Origin: Actinomycetota bacterium
GTDB taxonomy: Bacteria; Actinomycetota; Humimicrobiia; Humimicrobiales; Humimicrobiaceae
Length of the DNA: 57,171 nucleotides
Assembly: GCA_026392215.1 (NCBI GenBank)
Contig: JAPLCN010000121.1
Span: 1 to 57,171, forward strand
Reading direction: 5' to 3'
Shown here: positions 38,678 to 47,206 of the stretch, piece after piece
How positions within the stretch are numbered: the first letter of the stretch is position 1
Layout: each line of letters starts with the position of its first letter
Notes under the pieces: model-generated
Database searches by the model: none
The model's input: only the letters and a program-made list of their open reading frames with translations
What the model was told of the DNA's origin: nothing
Translations under genes and position numbers: made by a program

Positions 38678-39850
38678 TTGGAAAATTCAAAAGAATTGAT
38701 GATAAAGACACTAAATCTTCAAAAAACAGCCAGAATTCCTGTTGCACCACACTGGTGGGGTATTTACAAATATGAAGCTCTCGGCCTTGATTATAAGAAA
38801 GATGCCTGGAAAGAAGGAGAAAAATTATCTGAAGTTTATGTAAAATTTTATGAAAAATTTAAACCTGACTGGTTTCATCTTCATATTGGAACTCCAAAAT
38901 ATTTTAAAGACTGTGAAATTATAAATCAAAATGGAAAAAGCTACTTAAAAATAGCTGATAAATTCAGAGATTTAAAAAAAGAAGATAAATATTTTTCTTC
39001 AAATTCATCTGAAGATGAGGAAATAATAGATTTTCCTGATTATCTTCTCGGTTCCAGATGCTTTAAACCAAAAGTTGACTTGTCAAATATAAAAAAGATT
39101 GATGATTTTATAAAAAGATATATTCATATGAGTGCTCAGGAAATAATAGAGATGGGATATACCGACCATATTCCTCAAATTGTTTCCAGATATGGCAAGG
39201 ATGTTTTTATAGCTGTTCATATTCCTTCAGCTATTTGTGAAATTTTTGATCCTACTACAGGCTATCTTGGCTTTGAACAGGGTCTTATGTCTTTTTATGA
39301 TTATCCTAAAGAGATGAAATATTTTCTTGAAAGATGTTATGAAGAACAGCTTGAATGGGCAAAAGCATATGCAAAAGCCGGGGTGCATTCTTTTATTATT
39401 TCCGAAAGTTTTATTTCCCCCGATCTGGCAAATCCTGAAATCTATAGGAAATTTATGAAATCCATTCATTCGGAATATTTTATGGAAATAAAGAATTATG
39501 GCTTAATTCCAATTTGCATGTTTTGGGGAGATGCTGTGCCATTGCTTGATGATTATACTGAAACTAACGTTATGGCAATTATGTTTGAAGAAAGCAAGAA
39601 GGGATTTAATTTGGACATAAAGAAAATAAGAGATGCAATAGGGAGTAAAGTATGTGTTTTTGGAAATCTTGATTCTATTTATTTGTTAAGAGAAGGAAGC
39701 ACTGAGGAAATTAAGAATGAAGTAATAAAGCAGGCAAAAGGTGCAAGATATAATTTTATAATTTCCAACGGAAGTCCTGTAACGCCGGATACACCGGAAA
39801 AAAATCTGAAAAGTTTAATTAACTCTGGAAAGGATCTCAAATGGCAATAA
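38678..39850 (+). CDS. UroD-superfamily protein (divergent; no MtaA Zn triad)
   Basis: 390 aa. TTG start 5 nt after AAGGGA. N-terminal SKELMIKTLNLQKTARIPVAPHWWG and core SPDLANPEIYRKFMKSI...GNLDS...NFIISNGSPV. Confidence 0.6.
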   Translation: MENSKELMIKTLNLQKTARIPVAPHWWGIYKYEALGLDYKKDAWKEGEKLSEVYVKFYEKFKPDWFHLHIGTPKYFKDCEIINQNGKSYLKIADKFRDLKKEDKYFSSNSSEDEEIIDFPDYLLGSRCFKPKVDLSNIKKIDDFIKRYIHMSAQEIIEMGYTDHIPQIVSRYGKDVFIAVHIPSAICEIFDPTTGYLGFEQGLMSFYDYPKEMKYFLERCYEEQLEWAKAYAKAGVHSFIISESFISPDLANPEIYRKFMKSIHSEYFMEIKNYGLIPICMFWGDAVPLLDDYTETNVMAIMFEESKKGFNLDIKKIRDAIGSKVCVFGNLDSIYLLREGSTEEIKNEVIKQAKGARYNFIISNGSPVTPDTPEKNLKSLINSGKDLKWQ

Positions 39851-40950
39851 CCTCTAAAGAAAGAATGCAGATAGCAATGGATCATAAAGAACCGGACAGG
39901 GTGCCCTATCAGGCAACTTTTGTACCCGAAATGGATAAATTGCTAAGGCAAAAATATGCTAAGGAGATTGAGAGGATAAAGGGAAAGACTACTGAAAAAT
40001 ACCAGGGAATGACTGAACTGGATATATTGTTTGAACATGACATGCTTCTTTTAACTTATGGAATTTCTACCGGATATTACAGGAATACCCAGGAGGATAC
40101 CTACATGGATGAATGGGGAATAACATGGAGAAAAATACCTTATAAGACACCTAATGGCATAGGGCATTATACTGAAATAATTAAGTTTCCACTGGCAGAT
40201 GATGATGCAATAAACTCATATGTTCCTCCTGATCCGGACAACGAAGACATGACTTATGCAGAGGAAGTAATCAGATATTACGGCAAAGAAAAATATATAT
40301 GCGGAATAATAGACTGCTCTGTATTTGAAGCTCTTAAATATTTAAGAGGAATAACGCAAAGCCTTATTGATATTGTAGCAAACAAAGATCTGGCACATAA
40401 AATTATGGACATGTCAGTTGATTATCATTTAAAGCTTGGTTTTAAACTGATTGAAAGAGGAGTTGATTTGTTATGGCTTGCAGATGATCTGGGCGGTGAA
40501 CATAAGCTTTTAATATCCCCGAAAACTTTCAGGGAAATGGTAAAACCAAAGTTAGGCTACATGATAGGAGAGTTAAAAAAGAAAAACAGGAACATTAAAA
40601 TTGCTTTTCATAGCGATGGCTATATAGAGCCGCTAATTGATGATCTGATTGATGTCGGGGTAGATTTGCTTAATCCTATCCAGCCAGAATCCATGGATCC
40701 GGCTTTCATTAAAAAAAGATTCGGCAGCAGGATTTCTTTATGGGCAACAGTTTCCACCCAGAAAACTCTGCCTTTCGGAACTCCACAGGATGTTGAAAAT
40801 GAGATAAAGGAAAGAATTAAGACCTGCGCGCCGGGCGGAGGATTTCTAATAGCCCCTACTCATAATATTCAGCTGGATACGTCTTTTGAAAATATTGAAG
40901 CATTTTACAGTTCAATTAAAAAATATGGCAGTTATCCGGTGAAGCTGTAA
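39841..40950 (+). CDS. UroD-superfamily protein (FHSDG subtype)
   Basis: 369 aa. Overlaps the upstream gene by 10 nt (ATGGCAATAA). TSKERMQIAMDHKEPDRVPYQ, SPKTFREMVKPKL, IAFHSDGYI, LLNPIQP and GGGFLIAPTHNI. Confidence 0.7.
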   Translation: MAITSKERMQIAMDHKEPDRVPYQATFVPEMDKLLRQKYAKEIERIKGKTTEKYQGMTELDILFEHDMLLLTYGISTGYYRNTQEDTYMDEWGITWRKIPYKTPNGIGHYTEIIKFPLADDDAINSYVPPDPDNEDMTYAEEVIRYYGKEKYICGIIDCSVFEALKYLRGITQSLIDIVANKDLAHKIMDMSVDYHLKLGFKLIERGVDLLWLADDLGGEHKLLISPKTFREMVKPKLGYMIGELKKKNRNIKIAFHSDGYIEPLIDDLIDVGVDLLNPIQPESMDPAFIKKRFGSRISLWATVSTQKTLPFGTPQDVENEIKERIKTCAPGGGFLIAPTHNIQLDTSFENIEAFYSSIKKYGSYPVKL

Positions 40951-41122
40951 TTTTAAATAAAAATAAATTCGATAACAAAATGATTTTTTAACAATAAAAC
41001 CGACGTAATTTTTGAACTGACATAGCTTTATTAAAGCCGGCTAATCAGCAGTTATTAATAACGAAAAAAGATAAAAAGAATACTAAAATTCAAGACAATA
41101 TATTAGAAAGTGAGAATCTTAA

Positions 41123-41773
41123 ATGGCTATTGAAGAAATAAAAAAAGAACTTTATAACAATGTTCTTTCAGGGGATTTTGAATTAACCAAAGAACTTGCA
41201 TTAAAGGCAATTTCAGAAGGCGTTAACCCGCTTGAAGCCATTAATTCCTATCTGGTTCCTGCAATAGAGCTTGTTGGTGAAAAATTCGGCAGGAAAGAAT
41301 ATTTTCTTCCTGATCTGATGAGAAGTGCTAATGCAATGAAAAGCGCCCTTGATATTTTCGAAACGGAAATTCATAAAAGCGGTATTGAAAGGAAGTCCCA
41401 GGGCAAAATAGTTATAGGAACTGTAAAAGGAGATATCCATGAGATCGGCAAGTCAATTGTTGCCGCTCTTCTTTCTGCTAAGGGATTTGATGTTATTGAT
41501 GTTGGAATTGATGTATGTTCTGATATATTTATTAATAAGGTAATTGAAAAAAAAGCTGATATTCTTGCCATGTCTGCCCTTCTGCCGATAACAATGCCTT
41601 ATCAGGCGGCAGTGATTGAAGAGCTTAAAAAAAGAGGTATTAGAGATAAGGTTAAAGTAATGGTTGGCGGTGCTCCCGTTACACAGGAGCATGCAGATAA
41701 AATTGGTGCTGATGGCTATGCTGATAATGCAGTAGATGCTGTTAAGCTGGCAGAAAGCCTGATGAAGCAATAA
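41123..41773 (+). CDS. Cobalamin-binding corrinoid protein (MtbC/MttC/MtgC-like)
   Basis: 216 aa. An N-terminal helical B12-binding-2 cap, then GDIHEIG (DxHxxG), MSALLPITM (SxL) and VMVGGAPV (GG) in a Rossmann domain. Confidence 0.9.
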   Translation: MAIEEIKKELYNNVLSGDFELTKELALKAISEGVNPLEAINSYLVPAIELVGEKFGRKEYFLPDLMRSANAMKSALDIFETEIHKSGIERKSQGKIVIGTVKGDIHEIGKSIVAALLSAKGFDVIDVGIDVCSDIFINKVIEKKADILAMSALLPITMPYQAAVIEELKKRGIRDKVKVMVGGAPVTQEHADKIGADGYADNAVDAVKLAESLMKQ

Positions 41774-41831
41774 AAGTTTAATGGTTTTCAATATATTAAA
41801 ATAATTTTTTTATAAAATTAGGGAGGAAAGA

Positions 41832-43307
41832 ATGCCTATCAGAGGACTTAAAGGCGGAATGCTTAAATTCTTATCAGAGGGTGATTTAAAAGCAATTCAT
41901 ATTGCAACAGTTGAAATATTAAGTGAAATTGGTGTTAAGATGGAATACGAGCCAGCTCTTGAAATTTTCAAGGATTTTGGCGCTGAAGTTGATTTTAAGA
42001 ATAAGATTGTTAAAATCGGCGAAGATTTGTTAAGGAAAGGGCTTTCAAGTGCTCCTTCTGCTTTTACCCTTCATGGAAAAACTGAAGATACTGATATAAA
42101 AGTTGATCCTGAAAGGGTATATACAATTGGAGGTTCATCCGCACTTAACGTTTTTGATCTTGATGGAAATTACAGACCAGCTGTTTTTGATGATTTAATT
42201 AAACTTACTCTTCTTCAGAATAAAATGGAAAATCTGCATATAATGCATGCAATTGTTATTCCTTCTGATATCGAGGAATATGGCGTAGACAGATTATTAT
42301 TTGCCGGGACATTTCCATATACTTCCAGAAATTATTATTCCCAATCTCAAACCGGTGCGGATGGAGTTGGAGAACAGTTAAAAATGGCTGCAGTTTTTCA
42401 GGGAAGCGAAGATGCTGTCAGGAAAAATCCGATGTTTACAGAAGTAGTTTGTATGGTTAGCCCTCTTAAGCATGAAAAGGTAAACAGTGAAGTAATAATC
42501 GAGTGTGCAAAAAATAATATTCCTGTTTATATTGAGGTGGATGCAATGCCGGGAGGAACTACTCCGGCGCCAATAGCAGGATGCCTTGTAGAACAAAATG
42601 CAAATATTCTGGCCGGGATTGTGCTGGCTCAACTTATCAAACCTGGCACCTCATGTATTTATTCCATTGCATCAGGACTTATGGATATGACAAGCGGAGG
42701 TTACTCTGGAGCAGCTCCTGAAACCAATTTGCTTCATTGCTGCACTGCCCAAGTTGCCCATTATTATAATCTGCCATTTCAGGGCGGAACAGGAATAGAT
42801 GCAAAAATTTCTGATGCACAGGCAGGCTATGAAAGAGCCTTGCAGGTTTTAAGCAATGCGCTTGCAGGAACAAACTTTATCCATCTTTCATTTGGCATGA
42901 TGGAAATGATGATGCTGGCAAGTTATGAGCAGGTAGTAATTGATAATGAAATCATGGGGGCAACTTATAGAATGCTAAAAGGCGTTGAGGTAAATGACTC
43001 TGCGCTGTCAGTTGACTTGCTAAGAAAAACAGGCCATGGGGGTCACTTCCTTAATTATAAGGAAACTGCAGAATATGTAAGAAGAAATAACTGGATTCCA
43101 AAAATTACCAATAGAGACTCGTGGAGTACATGGCAGGCAATGGGAGCGAAAAGCATGAGAGAACTTGCCAATGAGGAAGCAAAAAGAATACTTCAGGAAA
43201 ATACTGAACCTGTAATTTCAAAAGAGCAAACTGAAGAAATTTTAAAAATGGCAAAATCCTATCACAAACAAGCCCAGGAAAGACTAAGAAAACAGGAAGG
43301 CAAATAA
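41832..43307 (+). CDS. MttB-superfamily (trimethylamine methyltransferase family) protein, non-pyrrolysine type
   Basis: 491-aa uninterrupted ORF, with SD AGGGAGGAAAG. LSEGDLKAIHIATVEILSEIGV N-terminus and family-like core (VSPL, EVDAMPGGTTPAP, GAAPETNLL, QGGTGIDAK, ASYEQVVIDNEI). No in-frame TAG. Confidence 0.9.
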   Translation: MPIRGLKGGMLKFLSEGDLKAIHIATVEILSEIGVKMEYEPALEIFKDFGAEVDFKNKIVKIGEDLLRKGLSSAPSAFTLHGKTEDTDIKVDPERVYTIGGSSALNVFDLDGNYRPAVFDDLIKLTLLQNKMENLHIMHAIVIPSDIEEYGVDRLLFAGTFPYTSRNYYSQSQTGADGVGEQLKMAAVFQGSEDAVRKNPMFTEVVCMVSPLKHEKVNSEVIIECAKNNIPVYIEVDAMPGGTTPAPIAGCLVEQNANILAGIVLAQLIKPGTSCIYSIASGLMDMTSGGYSGAAPETNLLHCCTAQVAHYYNLPFQGGTGIDAKISDAQAGYERALQVLSNALAGTNFIHLSFGMMEMMMLASYEQVVIDNEIMGATYRMLKGVEVNDSALSVDLLRKTGHGGHFLNYKETAEYVRRNNWIPKITNRDSWSTWQAMGAKSMRELANEEAKRILQENTEPVISKEQTEEILKMAKSYHKQAQERLRKQEGK

Positions 43308-43313
43308 TTTATA

Positions 43314-44570
43314 ATGACAGATGAAAAAAGTTCAGGATTTTTTGAAGGGAGATTTTACAATAAAAAAGCCCTTAAACTAAAAATTCTGGATTTAATAAGA
43401 AACAAAGGCCTGATTACCAAGCAGCAAATTGCAAAAGAGCTTGGGATAAATATTACTACTGTAAGTGATCTGGTAAACCAGTTTAAAGATAAAAACAGAA
43501 TAATTAAAGAAACAGGTGATGGCAGTTCTTCCGGCGGCAGAAAACCTAAAGTTTACACAATAAATAGTGAGCTGGGTTATATAGTTGGAATTGATGTCGG
43601 GGGCACAAACACGCGAGGGATTCTAACAGATTTATCCGGTAGTTTAATTCATTACCTTAAAGTTAAAACAAAAGCCCGGGAAGGCAAGGATGCAGTACTT
43701 GCGAGGGTTATTTCAGTTGTAAATGAACTTATAACTCTGGCAAAAATTCCGCGGGAAAAGCTTTTTGGAATCGGCATGTCAATTTCGGGTATTATTAATT
43801 CGTATGAAGGAATAAGTATTTTTTGCCCGAATATTCCCGGCTGGGAAAATTTCCCGATAAAACAAATTATGGAAAAAGAATTTAATATACCGGTTTGCAT
43901 TGATGACAGTGTAAGGTGCGCGGCAGTTGCTGAAAAAAGGTTTGGTATTGCAAAAGACCACGATAACTTTATTTTTATCAGTATCGGCAAAGGAATTGGA
44001 ATGGGTGCTTTTATTGATGGCAAAATATACCGGGGAAGCATGGGGCTTGCCGGAGAGCTTGGCCATATTACTGTTTCCGAAGACGGGCCGCTCTGCAACT
44101 GCGGAAATAAAGGCTGCCTTGAAGCTATAGCTTCTGGTCCCGGGATACTGAAAAGGGCGCAGGAAGGAATAAAAAACGGCATAGTTACTTCTATTTCAAA
44201 AGAAATAAATAATAATTTTGAAAAACTTTCAGTAGAAATTATTTCAAGGGCGGCAAATGAGGGGGATAAGTTTGCTTATTATCTGATAAACAGAACCGGT
44301 GAGTATATTGGAATTGCAATTGCAGCAGCATTAAATCTTTTCGGCTCTGATCTTGTTGTATTGTGGGGAGGCATACTTGAGTGTGGGGATATAATTCTGG
44401 ATGCCATTAAAAGAACAGTAAAAATGAGAGCCCTTGAATTTATTTCAAAAAGAGTCAGGATTGAAAAAACCAGCATTGGAGACAACATAGCAGCTCTGGG
44501 TGCTGCTCAAACATTTATTGATATGCTTTACAGTGAATCAGATTATAATATATTGCTTAAAAAGTTTTAA
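43314..44570 (+). CDS. ROK-family transcriptional regulator
   Basis: 418 aa. N-terminal winged HTH (ILDLIRNKGLITKQQIAKELGINITTVSDLVNQF). ROK sugar-kinase-like core with GIDVGGTN and the Zn motif GHITVSEDGPLCNCGNKGCLEA. Confidence 0.85.
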   Translation: MTDEKSSGFFEGRFYNKKALKLKILDLIRNKGLITKQQIAKELGINITTVSDLVNQFKDKNRIIKETGDGSSSGGRKPKVYTINSELGYIVGIDVGGTNTRGILTDLSGSLIHYLKVKTKAREGKDAVLARVISVVNELITLAKIPREKLFGIGMSISGIINSYEGISIFCPNIPGWENFPIKQIMEKEFNIPVCIDDSVRCAAVAEKRFGIAKDHDNFIFISIGKGIGMGAFIDGKIYRGSMGLAGELGHITVSEDGPLCNCGNKGCLEAIASGPGILKRAQEGIKNGIVTSISKEINNNFEKLSVEIISRAANEGDKFAYYLINRTGEYIGIAIAAALNLFGSDLVVLWGGILECGDIILDAIKRTVKMRALEFISKRVRIEKTSIGDNIAALGAAQTFIDMLYSESDYNILLKKF

Positions 44571-44801
44571 TTCTTAAATGTAAAAGTTAATTGAAGGGTA
44601 CCGCCTGTTAATTATTGTAAATTTTTTGAGATTATATTAATAGTTTTATAATAATTATAATTTTATATATTTACATAAATAACTTAATATTATTATTTAT
44701 TATAATTTTAAAAAATTATATATTTTAGTATCATCATATTGTATAATTTAAAAAAATTTCATATAAATTATTTATATAATTATTAAAATAATAAGTAATA
44801 A

Positions 44802-45656
44802 GTGAAAAAATTAGTATTCTTCAATACCAAGGGCGGAACCGGCAAAACAACTTTTTGCTTTAATTATGGCTACTATCTTGCAGCCAGAAGGAAGAAAAAA
44901 GTTTTAATGATGGATTTTGATCCGCAGGCAAACCTGACATTCTCTTTTGGAAAAGCTCCTTCCGGCAGTACCGGGAGTAATCTTGATTCTTTAATTTTAA
45001 ATTATTTAAAAGGTGAAAAGAAAAAACTTAAAGATTATCTTCTTAAAATAACGCCCAATCTTCATCTTTTGCCTTGCTCAAATAATATATCTCTGATTGA
45101 GGAGTATATTACCAATCATGTAGTAAATAAAACAAATATTGAATCAGTTAAAAATCCGGCGGCTGAAAGAAACAATATTTTATTAAATATTTTAAGTGAA
45201 GTTGTTAAACCATATGAATTTGATTATGTTTTAATTGACAGCCAGCCTAACTTTTCCCTACTTTCAACAACTGCAATTGTTTTTGCGGAAAACATTCTGA
45301 TTGTTTTAAAGCCCGACTTATATTCTTTAATTGATATGGAATATTTGAAAAAAATAATCAAAAACCTCAATAAAAAATTTTCAGCAAATGTAAATATTGC
45401 CGGTGTAATCATCAATGCTTACGAAGGAAGAAAAAAAATAGCAATTTCTACAGTTAAAGATATTGAGGAAAAATATGGCAAAGAGGTGAAGATATTTAAT
45501 CAGAAAATTAAATATCTTTGCCAATATCAAAGCTCAATTTTTTTAAAAAATGAGCCTGTATTTAACAGCTTCCCGAAATCAGAAGCGTCAGATAATATAT
45601 TAAGCCTTTTCAGTGAAATTGATAAGGAATTGTCTTTTGGCAGAAGCAGTTTATGA
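44802..45656 (+). CDS. ParA/MinD-family P-loop ATPase (orphan; no ParB partner in the window)
   Basis: The GTG start is required to include the deviant Walker A FNTKGGTGKTT. MMDFDPQANLT and the Walker B VLIDSQPN are also present. Confidence 0.8.
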   Translation: MKKLVFFNTKGGTGKTTFCFNYGYYLAARRKKKVLMMDFDPQANLTFSFGKAPSGSTGSNLDSLILNYLKGEKKKLKDYLLKITPNLHLLPCSNNISLIEEYITNHVVNKTNIESVKNPAAERNNILLNILSEVVKPYEFDYVLIDSQPNFSLLSTTAIVFAENILIVLKPDLYSLIDMEYLKKIIKNLNKKFSANVNIAGVIINAYEGRKKIAISTVKDIEEKYGKEVKIFNQKIKYLCQYQSSIFLKNEPVFNSFPKSEASDNILSLFSEIDKELSFGRSSL

Positions 45657-45721
45657 TAATAATTATTTTTTGATGGTTATTTTTTAATTAGATTATAAAA
45701 TTATTTTTCAAGGAGATTTTT

Positions 45722-46138
45722 ATGGTAGACTCTAGTTTTTATCTGGATGAAGATTCAAACGGTAAATCAGCTAATCAAAGAGCTGATATGCAGAAAACTT
45801 TACTTACAATTAAAGGAAACACCGCTAAAATCGAAGGCAAATTAAAGATTTCAAATTCAATAGAAATTAACTGCGAAGTTATTGGAGAACTTAATGTTGA
45901 TGGAAAATTAATAATACAGCAATCCGGTTATGTTAATGCAGACGTAAAAACAAATGATGCTATCATTAACGGGGCTTATGAAGGCAATATGGAAGCTGCA
46001 GGCAATGTTCAAATCACCGAAACCGGGAAAACAAAAGCCAATATTAAAACTGATTCACTGATTATTGAAAAGGGTGGAATATTCACCGGTAAGGTAGAAA
46101 GAATTACAGCCAGCTCAGACGGAAAAAGTGATGGGTAA
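45722..46138 (+). CDS. Bactofilin-family cytoskeletal protein
   Basis: 138 aa, with SD AAGGAG. Repetitive beta-helix core IEGKLKISNSIEINCEVIGELNVDGKLIIQQSGYVNADVKTNDAIINGAYEGNMEAAGNVQITETGKTKANIKTDSLIIEKGGIFTGKV is typical of DUF583/bactofilin. Confidence 0.8.
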   Translation: MVDSSFYLDEDSNGKSANQRADMQKTLLTIKGNTAKIEGKLKISNSIEINCEVIGELNVDGKLIIQQSGYVNADVKTNDAIINGAYEGNMEAAGNVQITETGKTKANIKTDSLIIEKGGIFTGKVERITASSDGKSDG

Positions 46139-46690
46139 TTGAGGATTAAATTATTTAAAATCTCGACAATGTTAATGCTTATATCTATTTTATTGATTTC
46201 AATCTTGTTGACTTCATGCTTTATTCCTTTTAAAGGGTTCAGTGATAATGGTAATGGTGCAGCCACATCTACATCGGAAGCACTAAGCAAGGCTGAAGAT
46301 TTCACCCTGCTTGACCTTAACAATAACAAGGTATCCTTGTCTGATTTTAAAGGCAAGGTTGTAGTCTTAAACTTCTGGGCTACTTGGTGCCCTCCCTGTA
46401 TCGCAGAGGCACCTGATCTTGTTGAAGTTTCTAAAGCTTATAAGGATAAGGGCGTGCAGTTCATTGGAGTTTCCGATGATGATGTTTCTGCTCTTAAAAA
46501 GTTTGTCAGTGATTATGGAATAGAGTATCCGATACTTCTGGATGGTTCAGTTGATCGGATAATGCCTAAATGGGGCATATCTGCAATCCCAACCACGTTC
46601 ATACTGAACGGAAATGGTGAAATAGTTTTTAAAAAAGTTGGAATGATGTCCAGAGAGCAATTAATAAATGCCATAGAACAAAGTCTATAA
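46139..46690 (+). CDS. TlpA/ResA-like thiol-disulfide oxidoreductase lipoprotein
   Basis: Signal peptide with lipobox LLTSC. Thioredoxin fold with FWATWCPPC active site. The start is TTG 46139 (abutting the bactofilin stop) or ATG 46169. Confidence 0.8.
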   Translation: MRIKLFKISTMLMLISILLISILLTSCFIPFKGFSDNGNGAATSTSEALSKAEDFTLLDLNNNKVSLSDFKGKVVVLNFWATWCPPCIAEAPDLVEVSKAYKDKGVQFIGVSDDDVSALKKFVSDYGIEYPILLDGSVDRIMPKWGISAIPTTFILNGNGEIVFKKVGMMSREQLINAIEQSL

Positions 46691-46746
46691 ATGTTAGAGC
46701 CAGGATTTTAGCGCCTTCATTATAATGGTGTTAATAATTTGGCCTA

Positions 46747-46775
46747 TTGACTTTATTGATGCAGCTTGCTAACAT
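46747..46775 (+). promoter_or_regulatory. Possible promoter at the head of the trp leader region
   Basis: TTGACT (46747-46752), 17-nt spacer, TAACAT (46770-46775). Many alternative AT-rich hexamers exist downstream. Confidence 0.3.
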
Positions 46776-46945
46776 CTTAAAAATATAAGTTAAAGGTTTT
46801 TTATTTTTATTGTTGCTGAAAATTAAAATGATTAGAATTATTGCAAATAAAAAATTATATTCAATAAATTTAAGTCAGGATAATAATTATCCCAAAAAAT
46901 TAATTAGCAGAATACTGGGGCTTAAAGACAATTCCTTCTGGCGAA

Positions 46946-46964
46946 GCTAAACTAAAAGTTTAGC
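46946..46964 (+). terminator. Small hairpin followed by a T-rich tract (tlpA terminator or first leader element)
   Basis: GCTAAAC-TAAAA-GTTTAGC is a 7-bp stem, followed by CTTTCTTTT. Confidence 0.4.
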
Positions 46965-47148
46965 CTTTCTTTTACCATTTAAAAATTTTTCTTAACTTTT
47001 TATTTTTTACTTTTAATCTTTGCTTTTGTTAATTTAACATTAATGTCCAGTTTATTTTGATATTAATAAATAATAAAAAATTAGTTTATTAATATTTATT
47101 TTTAATAGTTTAAAAATAATTTAAATAAAATATATATTTAAGATTAAG

Positions 47149-47206
47149 AAGAGTATTTCTAAAGGCTAAACTTTACAAAGCCAATTTGAAATACTCTTTT
47201 TTATTT
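47149..47206 (+). terminator. Terminator-type hairpin in the trpE leader (candidate attenuator)
   Basis: Perfect 11-bp stem: AAGAGTATTTC (47149-47159) pairs with GAAATACTCTT (47188-47198). Apical extension GGCT/AGCC. It is followed by TTTTATTT and ends 50 nt before the trpE ATG. Confidence 0.65.

Noticed and set aside
40951-41122. A cobalamin riboswitch upstream of the corrinoid protein gene, and the 12-bp palindrome GTTATTAATAAC at 41051-41062
   Set aside because: No B12-box-like GCCACTG core or conserved GC-rich helices are visible. A 12-bp AT-only palindrome is expected several times by chance in this much AT-rich intergenic DNA.
41832-43307. Possible pyrrolysine (in-frame TAG) recoding in the MttB-family gene
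   Set aside because: The ORF is continuous for 491 codons with no internal TAG, and no pylTSBCD genes are in the window. This is the non-Pyl type.
44571-44801. Iterons or a centromere-like repeat array upstream of the ParA-like gene
   Set aside because: Repeated words such as ATTATAATTTTA occur, but the region is almost pure A/T, so short repeats are expected by chance. No regularly spaced array could be established by eye.
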